Assembly (NCBI GenBank): GCA_030145345.1
Contig: JAQYVT010000001.1
Location: 13,013-77,012 of the forward strand
Direction: 5' to 3'
DNA length: 64,000 nucleotides
Origin: Desulfobacterales bacterium
GTDB lineage: Bacteria; Desulfobacterota; Desulfobacteria; Desulfobacterales; UBA11574
The notes under the pieces were generated by a model, which was given only the letters and a program-made list of their open reading frames with translations, was not told where the DNA came from and ran no database searches. Of the stretch, positions 55,117 to 64,000 are shown one piece after another; position 1 is the first letter of the stretch, and every line of letters starts with the position of its first letter. Made by a program: the position numbers and the translations under genes.

Positions 55117-56499
55117 TCAGAATTCTATGGTGTTGGGTGTTCTCGGGAAAGGAATGACATCTCTGATGTTTATGATTCCTGTCATCAGCATAATCAACCG
55201 TTCGAACCCGAGACCAAAACCGCTGTGTTCAACAGATCCAAAACGCCGAGAATCTAAATACCACCAGTAGTTCTCTTTGGGCATTCCCATTTCATCCATC
55301 CGGTTTTCAAGAACCGCCAACCGTTCTTCACGCTGGCTCCCGCCGATGATTTCCCCAATTCTCGGCACAAGAACATCCATGGCCGACACCGTCTGATGGT
55401 CATCATTCAACCGCATGTAAAAAGGCTTTATTTTTTTGGGGTAATTAAAGACAATCAAAGGTTTCTTAAAGTGATCTTCGGTTAGATAGCGTTCATGTTC
55501 GGTTTGCAGGTCTTTTCCAAAATCGATATCGTGTTCAAATTTTTTTCCAGATTTTTTTAATATTTCTACAGCGGATGCATATGTGAGGCGTTTAAAATCA
55601 GAGGTGGCCACGTTATTTAACGTTTTTATCAGCGTCTTATCCACAAATTTTGCAAAAAGTTCTATATCTTCCGAGCATTCTTCGAGTATAAAGGATGTTA
55701 AATATTTTATCATCTCTTCTGCAAGATCCATGTTGCCCTCCAGATCACAGAACGCCATTTCTGGTTCAACCATCCAAAATTCGGCAACATGTCGTCGGGT
55801 ATGTGAATTTTCGGCACGAAAAGTGGGACCAAAGGTATAAACATCTCCCAAGGCAAGGGCGAACATCTCGGCGGATAACTGGCCGGACACCGTTAAATTT
55901 GCTTCTTTAGCAAAAAAGTCTTTGGAATAATCGATTTTGCCTTCTTTTCGGGGTGGATCATCCGGATCTATGGTTGTTACACGAAACAACTCTCCGGCGC
56001 CTTCGCAATCCGAACCGGTTATGATCGGTGAATGGATATATCTAAACCCCTTGTCTCTGAAGAATTTATGAATGGCATATGACAACTCGGATCTTATCCG
56101 AAATGCAGCGCCGTATTTGTTGGTCCGGGGTCTTAAATGCGCGATATTTCTTAAAAATTCATCCGTGTGACGTTTTTTCTGTAGCGGATAATTTTCAGGG
56201 GCAATATTTAAAATTTCCACCCGTTCCGCGACCACTTCCCATTTCTGTCCAGGACCTTTAGATTCTTCCAGTTTTCCACGGATTGCAACCGCGGAACCGG
56301 TGGAAATCCTGATGATGTCTTTGTAGTTGTCTATGGTGTTGTTAACAATGATCTGCATATTTTTTAGGCAGGATCCATCGTTGACCTCGATAAATGAAAA
56401 ATCTTTTGAATCACGTTTGGTTCTGACCCACCCCCTTACAAGAACTTCATCAATGGGGCGTTCTGATTTTAATAATTTTGTTATTTTTGTCCGTTTCAT
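55117..56499 (-). CDS. asnS: Asparagine--tRNA ligase
   Basis: 460 aa with VRGWVRTKRDSKDFSFIEVNDGSC, TFGPTFRAENSHTRRHVAEFWMVEPE and GGSQREER...GFGLGFERL, closely parallel to E. coli AsnS. Confidence 0.95.
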   Translation of the reverse strand: MKRTKITKLLKSERPIDEVLVRGWVRTKRDSKDFSFIEVNDGSCLKNMQIIVNNTIDNYKDIIRISTGSAVAIRGKLEESKGPGQKWEVVAERVEILNIAPENYPLQKKRHTDEFLRNIAHLRPRTNKYGAAFRIRSELSYAIHKFFRDKGFRYIHSPIITGSDCEGAGELFRVTTIDPDDPPRKEGKIDYSKDFFAKEANLTVSGQLSAEMFALALGDVYTFGPTFRAENSHTRRHVAEFWMVEPEMAFCDLEGNMDLAEEMIKYLTSFILEECSEDIELFAKFVDKTLIKTLNNVATSDFKRLTYASAVEILKKSGKKFEHDIDFGKDLQTEHERYLTEDHFKKPLIVFNYPKKIKPFYMRLNDDHQTVSAMDVLVPRIGEIIGGSQREERLAVLENRMDEMGMPKENYWWYLDSRRFGSVEHSGFGLGFERLIMLMTGIINIRDVIPFPRTPNTIEF

Positions 56500-56541
56500 T
56501 ATAAATCTCCAGTGTCAGAACTCGTTGATAGTGTAAGGGCG

Positions 56542-57957
56542 CTAAAGTTTTACCGTTATATTATACAGTTGATCTTCGCGCTGCAAAACCAGAACCAGTG
56601 ATTTTTTTTGGCGGTATTTTATGATTGCCTTTTTAAAATCGTCAATGTTTTTAAGGGATATATCATCGATTTGCCGAATCACATCTCCGGGCCTGACGCC
56701 GATACGCGCCAGATAAGATTGACGATTAAGATCTGAAATCACAACGCCTTCTTTCGGGTAAGCTTTAAAGATTTTACGGTTTTTAGCAGAAAGTTTATCC
56801 ACGGAAATACCCAGAAGCCTATGGGCCAATTCCAGAGCCAATTCTTTCGGGAACACCGATGATTTCACAGAAAAAGATTCGGTTTTACCATTTCTGAGTA
56901 TTTTTATGTCGATGGTTTCTCCGGCTGGAAAACTGCTCATGGACCTCTCAAAATCCATCTTAGAGTGAATGTTTCGCGACGCTATGGATACGATAATATC
57001 ACCCTCTCGAACACCGAACTTAAAGGCAGGTCCGGTATTTTCAACTTTTTTCACCAGAACGCCCTTGATGGTCGGTGCTTTCAAATAGTTGGCCAGCTCT
57101 GTATCCAAATCCTGTACCGTAATACCGATCCATGCCGGTATAACCTCTCCGTATCTTATAAGGTCGGCAACAATCCTTTTGGCTTTGTTGATGGGTATGG
57201 CAAAACCGATGCCTTGGGCTTTGGCAAATATGGCGGTGTTTATACCGATGAGGGCGCCATTTATATTGAGGAGCGGCCCACCGCTGTTGCCCGGGTTAAT
57301 GGAGGCGTCGGTTTGGATGAAATCGTGATACACCATGTCATCCGTCCGTATACTTCGGTTTTTGGCACTGATAACACCGGTGGTTACCGTATTTGAAAAA
57401 CCAAAAGGGTTGCCGATGGCGATAACCGTTTCGCCGATCATCAGATCATCGGAGTTTCCCATTTCAATCGCCGGCAGAACCTTCTTGGCGGAAATACGCA
57501 GAACCGCCAGATCAGAATCGGGATCTGCGCCCACAATCTGTGCCGTGAATTCTCGCCCATCTTTCAGACCTACGGTAATGGTCGAACCTTTTACGATGAC
57601 ATGTTTGTTGGTTAGGATAAACCCCCTTTTGCCGTCAATGATGACTCCGGATCCCAGGCTGGTTCGTTTATATCTTTGTTCAAACCCTGGATCAAAAAAA
57701 TCTCTGAAAAAAGATTCAAAAGACGGATCCATGCCAAATCCATTAAATGGATTTATACGCTTGCGAACCTGGAATTCGGAGCTTATATTTACCACCACAG
57801 GACTGACTTTTTGAACCGCTTTTACAATTGCGCTTTCACGCAGGTTTTCAGCGCCAAGGTTGTCCGGCGCTTTAAAAATAAGCGTGATAAAAAAAATAAA
57901 AATACAACCTACTGAAATTACGAGTTTGTTATTGTTTTGGGGTTTTATTTCTGGCAT
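56542..57957 (-). CDS. DegP/HtrA (Do) family periplasmic serine protease with two PDZ domains
   Basis: 471 aa with an N-terminal anchor, a catalytic His (LTNKHVI), Asp (DSDLAVL) and Ser (GNSGGPLLN), followed by two PDZ-like regions. Confidence 0.9.
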   Translation of the reverse strand: MPEIKPQNNNKLVISVGCIFIFFITLIFKAPDNLGAENLRESAIVKAVQKVSPVVVNISSEFQVRKRINPFNGFGMDPSFESFFRDFFDPGFEQRYKRTSLGSGVIIDGKRGFILTNKHVIVKGSTITVGLKDGREFTAQIVGADPDSDLAVLRISAKKVLPAIEMGNSDDLMIGETVIAIGNPFGFSNTVTTGVISAKNRSIRTDDMVYHDFIQTDASINPGNSGGPLLNINGALIGINTAIFAKAQGIGFAIPINKAKRIVADLIRYGEVIPAWIGITVQDLDTELANYLKAPTIKGVLVKKVENTGPAFKFGVREGDIIVSIASRNIHSKMDFERSMSSFPAGETIDIKILRNGKTESFSVKSSVFPKELALELAHRLLGISVDKLSAKNRKIFKAYPKEGVVISDLNRQSYLARIGVRPGDVIRQIDDISLKNIDDFKKAIIKYRQKKSLVLVLQREDQLYNITVKL

Positions 57958-58222
57958 TTTAGGTTCCGGTATAATAAGGTGAAAAATTAAGAATCCGTTG
58001 TTTAAATTTTTTATGCCCCCGCCGCTTGCGGCGGGGTGGTTAATTAAAAACCTAAACCCTTATAATATTTCTCCCGGTTTGTTTACGATCAATCAGGGTC
58101 AGACAATCGGGTTTCACCGTCTAAAACTCGCGAGTACCGAAGGGTAAAAAAATTAACCGGGGCTCGTTCCACTTTCTTCCAGGATCACTTGAAACGGAAC
58201 GAAACCCGACAAGATCTATATC

Positions 58223-60724
58223 ATGAGCATAACAACCATTCAAGATATCTTACCACTCATAGAGCAACCCAGCCGATATTTAGGCTCGGAGATAAATACC
58301 GTCAAAAAGGATATAAGCCGGGTAAAACTCGGTTTTGCTCTTGTCTTTCCAGACCTTTACGAGATCGGGACATCCCATTTTGGGATTCAGATACTTTACA
58401 ATATCCTGAACAGCCACCCAGAGATCGCCGCTGAAAGGGTTTTTGCCCCTGCACTCGATATGGAAGCATACCTCCGGTCGTCGGGAACACCCATTGCGTC
58501 ACTGGAATCTAAAAAACCCCTCGATCAATTTGATATTATCGGCTTCAGCCTTCTCTACGAGCTGAATTTTACCAACATATTGACCGTATTAGAACTGGCC
58601 AACATCCCGTTTTTTTCTCGACAACGAAATAATTCTTACCCGCTGATTATCGCCGGTGGTCCTTGTACGTGTAATCCCGAACCGATGGCGGATTTTTTTG
58701 ACGCCATGGTTGTGGGAGACGGCGAAAATGTAATTATGGAAATGTCCCAAACCTGGCTTGAATGGCAGTCGTCAGGAACGGGTGATAAAGAAGCCCTTTT
58801 GAAAAGATGGTCCAAGATAGAAGGGGTGTATATTCCTGAATTTTTTACGCCGAAATTTGACCGTCATGGTTTCCAGACCCTTGTTCCGAAATTTCAAGAT
58901 TATCATACGGTTAAACGCGCCATTGTTGATGATCTTGACGCGGCGCTGTTTCCCCGTGCACCGGTCGTTCCTTACGGCAAACCGGTGCATGATCGGCTTC
59001 GGCTTGAAGTATCCAGGGGTTGCACCAGAGGTTGCCGTTTCTGCCAGGCCGGGATGATATATCGACCGGTTCGTGAACGCTCGCCAGAGACCCTGCTCTC
59101 TCTGTCAGATTTTTCGGTGGCTTCAACAGGCTACGAGGATATATCGCTTTTATCTTTAAGTACGGGGGATTATAGCTGTCTTATACCGCTAATGGAAAAT
59201 CTCACATCGCGGTATGCATCCCAGCGGATTGCGGTTTCCTTTCCATCTCTGAGGGCCGATACATTATCGCCGGAACTCATGAATCTTGTAAAAAAGGTCA
59301 GAAAAACAGGCTTTACGTTAGCACCGGAAGCCGGAAGCCAGCGACTTCGGGATGTTATCAATAAAAATATAACCGAAAAAGATATTATAGAAACCGTTAA
59401 AGATGCATTTCATCTGGGCTGGCAGGTGGTCAAGCTCTATTTTATGATCGGCCTTCCCACCGAAACCGACGACGACTTGCAGGCCATCGTTGATCTTGTA
59501 AAAAAATTGAAAAACAATTGTTTACCCAACAGACGCAAGGCCAAGATCAATGTAAGTGTTGCAACGTTCATTCCAAAGTCCCATACGCCGTTTCAGTGGT
59601 CTTCCCAGATGGCTTTGGCTGAATCGAAACAGAAAATTAACCTGTTGAAGAAACAACTAAAAATACCGGGTGTTCAATTTAAATGGCAGAACCCTGAAGT
59701 CAGTTTCATCGAAGGGATTTGGGCACGGGGCGACCGGCGTCTTGGCCGTCTATTGCTTGCTGCATATAAGAAAGGATGTAAATTTGACGGATGGACCGAC
59801 CATTTTAAATATCGATTGTGGGAAGAAGCTTTTTCCGAGGAAGGGATTGATATCGATTTTTTTATTACCCGTGTTCGGCGTGCCACCGAGCCGTTGCCCT
59901 GGGACCATATCGATACGATGGTTTCCAAAGATTTCCTAATCAACGAATGGGATAACGCCACAAACGGTGAACACACGGCGGACTGTCGTAACGGTGATTG
60001 TAACCATTGCGGGGTGTGTGATTTTGAGGTTGTTCAACCCAAAGTCTTTGTCGACCATAAAGACAGGGTCCCAAAGAACATTCCGGCAGACCGTAATACG
60101 GATATATTTTACAAAAAATTCAAGGTGTCCTTTTCCAAGCTGGATCAGGCAAAATATTTTGGACATCTTGAACTGGTTAAAATCATAACCCGTGCCATTC
60201 GACGTGCTCGAATACCGGTCAAGTTTTCCGAAGGTTTTCATCCAAAGCCGTTAATATCCTTTGAAGATCCGCTTCCCATCGGTTTGGAGAGCCGGAATGA
60301 AAAATTTTGTGTATCCGTGAACGGAAACATTCAACCCCAGACCATTATAGAGGGATTAAACCGGCATTTTCCGAAAGGCCTTCGAATTATAAACTGCCAG
60401 CTCGCACCGACAAAGTCTTCCCGCAACACTTTTTCACCGTCGACATATTTGGTAACCAAAAAGAATGGTTTCTTTAATGAAGAAGATGTGGCATCTTTTG
60501 TTAAAAAATCTGAATTCATCGTTACCCGCATCAACCGAAAGGGAAAAACCAGACAGTTAGACTTAAAAGAGATGGTAATAAAGATAACGATGGCTTCGCC
60601 CAACAGGCTAAAGATGACGCTGAGATCGGAACCGGGCAAAACAGTGAGACCTTTTGAGGTTCTTGAACATATTTTTGAATTGAGCACAGAAGAGATCAAA
60701 CAGGCCGCCATCGTAAAAATCTGA
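58223..60724 (+). CDS. B12-binding-domain radical SAM protein (TIGR03960-like) fused to a TIGR03936/DUF2344-like C-terminal domain
   Basis: 833 aa with the radical SAM cluster EVSRGCTRGCRFCQAG and an N-terminal B12-like Rossmann region. The C-terminal ~220 aa begin KKFKVSFSKLDQAKYFGHLELVKIITRAIRRA, which is typical of DUF2344. Confidence 0.8.
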   Translation: MSITTIQDILPLIEQPSRYLGSEINTVKKDISRVKLGFALVFPDLYEIGTSHFGIQILYNILNSHPEIAAERVFAPALDMEAYLRSSGTPIASLESKKPLDQFDIIGFSLLYELNFTNILTVLELANIPFFSRQRNNSYPLIIAGGPCTCNPEPMADFFDAMVVGDGENVIMEMSQTWLEWQSSGTGDKEALLKRWSKIEGVYIPEFFTPKFDRHGFQTLVPKFQDYHTVKRAIVDDLDAALFPRAPVVPYGKPVHDRLRLEVSRGCTRGCRFCQAGMIYRPVRERSPETLLSLSDFSVASTGYEDISLLSLSTGDYSCLIPLMENLTSRYASQRIAVSFPSLRADTLSPELMNLVKKVRKTGFTLAPEAGSQRLRDVINKNITEKDIIETVKDAFHLGWQVVKLYFMIGLPTETDDDLQAIVDLVKKLKNNCLPNRRKAKINVSVATFIPKSHTPFQWSSQMALAESKQKINLLKKQLKIPGVQFKWQNPEVSFIEGIWARGDRRLGRLLLAAYKKGCKFDGWTDHFKYRLWEEAFSEEGIDIDFFITRVRRATEPLPWDHIDTMVSKDFLINEWDNATNGEHTADCRNGDCNHCGVCDFEVVQPKVFVDHKDRVPKNIPADRNTDIFYKKFKVSFSKLDQAKYFGHLELVKIITRAIRRARIPVKFSEGFHPKPLISFEDPLPIGLESRNEKFCVSVNGNIQPQTIIEGLNRHFPKGLRIINCQLAPTKSSRNTFSPSTYLVTKKNGFFNEEDVASFVKKSEFIVTRINRKGKTRQLDLKEMVIKITMASPNRLKMTLRSEPGKTVRPFEVLEHIFELSTEEIKQAAIVKI

Positions 60725-60930
60725 CCCTACAAAATTGATGGTCTCGTAAAAAAACCGTTTTGCTCGATCCTTGACCATTTGAAACACTGGATCCCCAAAT
60801 GATCCGATATCGCTCACAAAAGACTTTTTACGAGTTTGACAAAATTGAGTTGCGGAACTGTATGGCATGGAAACTTCTTTTTCAAAGGGGCGAAGCTGAA
60901 TTATAATGATATGTAAATACAGGAAAAACC

Positions 60931-62472
60931 ATGTATAGAAAAATTATTATAAATGCGGCTGAACATGAAACACGGGTGGCACTTCTTGAGGATGGGAACA
61001 TCGCTGAGCTTTTCATCGCGCGGGGAGATGCTTCAGACATTGCCGGAAATATCTATAAGGGACGGGTGCAACGGGTTCTGCCGGGAATGCAGGCTGCTTT
61101 TGTAGATATAGGACTCAAACAGGCCGCTTTTATCTATGTGAATGATGTGTTTGGCGGAAACTATAATGAAATTGAAAACTTCCTGATAAAAAGGAACGGT
61201 GACGAAAAGGATGCCCCGGATATCGATATCGCGGGTTCGTTTTCACCGTTGATCCGTCGCGAAAGACATATAGAGGAGCTTATCACCGAAGGTCAGGAGA
61301 TAATGGTCCAGGCTGCCAAAGCGCCATTGGGGTCAAAGGGGGCTCGGCTAACAACCCATATATCCCTTCCCGGCCGGGTTCTTGTTCTGATGCCCATATC
61401 AGAACATATTGGAATATCCAGACGTATAGAAGATGAGGCTGAAAGGCATCGGTTAAAGGAGATCATAGAATCGATACGGGAAGATAATTTCGGTTATATT
61501 GTTCGAACTGCAGCCGAAGGTGCCCAAAAAGAAAAACTCGAGTATGAGATGGGTTTTCTAAAAAATTTGTGGGAGAGCATACAAAAAAAGTATTCAACAG
61601 CTCCGGCACCCTCTCTGTTGCACAAAGAAGTCGCCGTCAGCCTTCGTGCAGTTCGGGATCTGTTGGTCAATGAAGCTCAGAAACTGATCATAGATTCCCG
61701 TTTGGGGTATGAGTCTATTTTAAATTTTCTCGATACGTTCAAGCCGAGCCTCAAAGATTCAGTAGAACTCTATGAGGGTTTGGAGCCGATTTTTGATGCG
61801 TATAATTTGGAAGGGGATATTTCCCGTGCTTTAAAAAAGAAAGTATGGCTGAAATCCGGTGGTTATATCGTGATCGAGCATACGGAAGCGCTCGTGGCAA
61901 TCGATGTAAACACCGGCCGGTATGTCGGCAAACACAATTTGGAAGAAACCATTTTAAAAACCAATCTGGAAGCTGTTAAAGAAATTGCGTATCAAATCCG
62001 CCTGAGGGATATTGGGGGTATCATCATCATCGATTTTATCGATATGGAAAAAAAATTGAATCAGGAAAAGGTGTTTAATGCGCTCTCAGAGTTGCTTAAA
62101 AAGGACCGGAGCAAGACCCATGTTCTACCCATGTCGGAATTGGGGTTAATGCAGATGACCCGAAAAAGGACCCGACAACCCCTCACCAGGATTCTGTGTG
62201 AGCCCTGCTTTTATTGTGATGGAGAGGGGTATCTGATATCCAGGCAGACCATCTGTTACAATATATTCAGGGAAATTCTTCGTGAATCAAACGACATGGC
62301 GGGGGTCAAGATAAGCCTGAGGGTTAATCCTGAAATTGCCGACCTTCTCCATGGTCAGGAAAGCCAAATTATTGTCGAACTCGAGCGTATTATCGGAAAA
62401 CAGATTGTCATATACCCCGAGCCCCAGCTGCATATGGAAGAGTTTGATATTTTCGAAATTTATAAGGAATAA
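60931..62472 (+). CDS. rng: Ribonuclease G/E family endoribonuclease
   Basis: 513 aa with an S1 domain (NIYKGRVQRVLPGMQAAFVDIG), VAIDVNTG, and the C-terminal Zn-link CxxC (CEPCFYCDGEG). Confidence 0.92.
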   Translation: MYRKIIINAAEHETRVALLEDGNIAELFIARGDASDIAGNIYKGRVQRVLPGMQAAFVDIGLKQAAFIYVNDVFGGNYNEIENFLIKRNGDEKDAPDIDIAGSFSPLIRRERHIEELITEGQEIMVQAAKAPLGSKGARLTTHISLPGRVLVLMPISEHIGISRRIEDEAERHRLKEIIESIREDNFGYIVRTAAEGAQKEKLEYEMGFLKNLWESIQKKYSTAPAPSLLHKEVAVSLRAVRDLLVNEAQKLIIDSRLGYESILNFLDTFKPSLKDSVELYEGLEPIFDAYNLEGDISRALKKKVWLKSGGYIVIEHTEALVAIDVNTGRYVGKHNLEETILKTNLEAVKEIAYQIRLRDIGGIIIIDFIDMEKKLNQEKVFNALSELLKKDRSKTHVLPMSELGLMQMTRKRTRQPLTRILCEPCFYCDGEGYLISRQTICYNIFREILRESNDMAGVKISLRVNPEIADLLHGQESQIIVELERIIGKQIVIYPEPQLHMEEFDIFEIYKE

Positions 62473-62634
62473 TAAGGCGTTAAGCGGATAAAAAGGACTT
62501 TTTTCGCGACACCAGAGTTTACATGTTGACAATCCGGGAATCTTATGATTAATTTATCCGGTTAATTTAACAAAATATAATATTTTCAAAGCACATGCGA
62601 AGAAAATTTAGGGTCTAATTAAGGGTTTTGAATT

Positions 62635-62769
62635 ATGAAAAGAACATATCAACCAAGCAGAATTAAGCGCGCCAGAACACATGGGTTTTTGAAGCGGATG
62701 TCGACAAAACAGGGCCGTAGGATTATTAACCGGCGCAGATCAAAGGGCAGAAACCGTTTATCGGTATAA
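62635..62769 (+). CDS. rpmH: 50S ribosomal protein L34
   Basis: Not in the ORF track (44 aa). Hand translation gives [44 protein letters not shown]. Confidence 0.95.
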   Translation: MKRTYQPSRIKRARTHGFLKRMSTKQGRRIINRRRSKGRNRLSV

Positions 62770-62828
62770 TCGGTTGGTCAAATAAAATAGATATAGAAAA
62801 AACAGCGAATTGAACAGAGGAGTTTTTT

Positions 62829-63182
62829 TTGCGCTTTTTTTTTACCAAGGCGGACAGAATTTTGAAACGCTCCGAGTTTCTCAGGTTGTCTAATTTCGGA
62901 AAAAAATTTCAAAACAAACATTTTGTCGCAATATTTTCTCCGGGTCTGTTTCAAAGGACCCGCCTTGGTATCACTGTCGTGAGGAAGGTTGGAAATGCCG
63001 CGATACGCAACAGGATTAAGCGATTTACTCGCGAATATTTTCGGCTAAACAGGCACATGATAACAGGTTGTTGGGATATAAATATTATCGCAAAAAATAA
63101 GGCGGCCGAACTATCGACTGGCCAGGCTCATCGATCCCTCCAACACATTTTTAGCAACATTTCCAGGGGCTTAAACCATTAA
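62829..63182 (+). CDS. rnpA: Ribonuclease P protein component
   Basis: 117 aa with a TTG start. LKRSEFLRL...[28 protein letters not shown] carries the RNR motif. Follows rpmH. Confidence 0.9.
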   Translation: MRFFFTKADRILKRSEFLRLSNFGKKFQNKHFVAIFSPGLFQRTRLGITVVRKVGNAAIRNRIKRFTREYFRLNRHMITGCWDINIIAKNKAAELSTGQAHRSLQHIFSNISRGLNH

Positions 63183-63186
63183 CAGA

Positions 63187-63399
63187 ATGTTTGTGATAAT
63201 CGCTCTGTTTCTTATAAGGGCCTATCAGTTGATCTTGTCTTCGGTTCTGGCTCCTGCGTGCCGTTTCTATCCAACCTGTTCCGAATATGCCCATGAGTCT
63301 ATTCGGCGTTATGGATTTCTTAAAGGAATTTTCCTTGCTTTAAAGAGAATTTTAAGGTGCCATCCCTTTCATCCGGGAGGAATTGATCCTGTGCCTTAA
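63187..63399 (+). CDS. yidD: Membrane protein insertion efficiency factor YidD
   Basis: 70 aa with [19 protein letters not shown]...[17 protein letters not shown]. Confidence 0.93.
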   Translation: MFVIIALFLIRAYQLILSSVLAPACRFYPTCSEYAHESIRRYGFLKGIFLALKRILRCHPFHPGGIDPVP

Positions 63400-63576
63400 A
63401 GCGCCTTGTTAGAGCAGATTCGATATATAAGACACCATTGGTGGAAATAAATATATTTTCCCGCCATTTGAAAATCCCGCAAAGATTTTGCTCCTCTGGA
63501 TTCTGACCCGTAAGACATCAAAACATTAACCCGAGCACCACTTTTTTGTATATTTTATTGAATTTTGGAGAGGATA

Positions 63577-64000
63577 ATGGAACACCTTCGACTATTTATA
63601 GCAATAGGACTTTCGTTGCTTGTTTTTATTGCGTGGAATTTTTTCTTTGTTGACGAGAAAAAGGACACACTTCCCCAGCAAACCATGAAAGCGGAACAAC
63701 CGGCGAAGCAAGCGCCGGAAATTCAAGAAAAGTCGGCCACGGCGACAGCGCCGTCTTTGAAAGACACGCCTTCGGAGCAGATTAAACCATCAAAGACAAT
63801 CACGGTAAATTCAAAATTATACACGGTTAAAATTTCGGAAAAAGGGGCGGTATTCAAGAGTTTTGTCCTTAAAAAGTACAAAGAGAGCATAAATGCCGAT
63901 TCGCCGTTATTGGAAATGATATCTCCGGATTTGACCGAAGGAACCGTACGGGTTGGATTTGTCGACAACAGCCTTCCCGGGGTCAATGGTGCGGTTTTTT
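63577..64000 (+). CDS. yidC: Membrane protein insertase YidC, N-terminal part (runs off the window end)
   Basis: Not in the ORF track. GGAGAGG RBS, then ATG at 63577. MEHLRLFIAIGLSLLVFIAWNFFF is the TM1 anchor, followed by a periplasmic domain (TVNSKLYTVKISEKGAVFKSFVLKKY). The frame is open to nt 64000 and synteny follows yidD. Confidence 0.85.
   Translation, partial: MEHLRLFIAIGLSLLVFIAWNFFFVDEKKDTLPQQTMKAEQPAKQAPEIQEKSATATAPSLKDTPSEQIKPSKTITVNSKLYTVKISEKGAVFKSFVLKKYKESINADSPLLEMISPDLTEGTVRVGFVDNSLPGVNGAVF

Overview
This 64-kb chromosomal window holds about 58 credible protein-coding genes on both strands. I saw no rRNA, tRNA or CRISPR array by eye. The gene content (MetV/Hdr-like redox genes, sigma-54 activators, an octahaem cytochrome, a TIGR03960-type radical SAM gene, moderate GC) suggests a Desulfobacterota (Desulfobacterales-like) anaerobe, but that is inference only. 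Genes called with high confidence are eno, pyrG, rpsI-rplM, ald, cfa, pldA, dnaN-gyrB, asnS, rng and rpmH-rnpA-yidD-yidC. rpmH and the 5' part of yidC are missing from the ORF track. Also well supported are a five-gene Opp/Dpp-type ABC transporter and a histidine-kinase/NtrC/sigma-54 signalling block. Several structures are not explained by the ORF track. (1) Two copies of a 210-240-bp MITE-like element with 26-nt terminal inverted repeats; one sits between the oppC-like and oppD-like genes. (2) A second, more diverged repeat family with two copies; one lies in the predicted cfa leader. (3) A four-helix-bundle (23S rRNA IVS protein / Avd-like) pseudogene with two in-frame stops, bracketed by a 26-nt inverted repeat. 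(4) A near-perfect 15-bp tandem array of about 18 units encoding (EKAAA)n in a membrane protein with a histone-H1-like tail. (5) An AT-rich oriC-like spacer before dnaN with DnaA-box-like 9-mers but no dnaA or recF; the dnaN-gyrB block is also AT-richer than its neighbours. (6) An EndoQ-like PHP nuclease fused to a UvrD-type helicase. (7) A tandem pair of short RdgC-like genes. (8) A possible sigma-54 regulatory cascade. All functional calls rest on motif recognition by eye; no database search, folding or statistics program was available.
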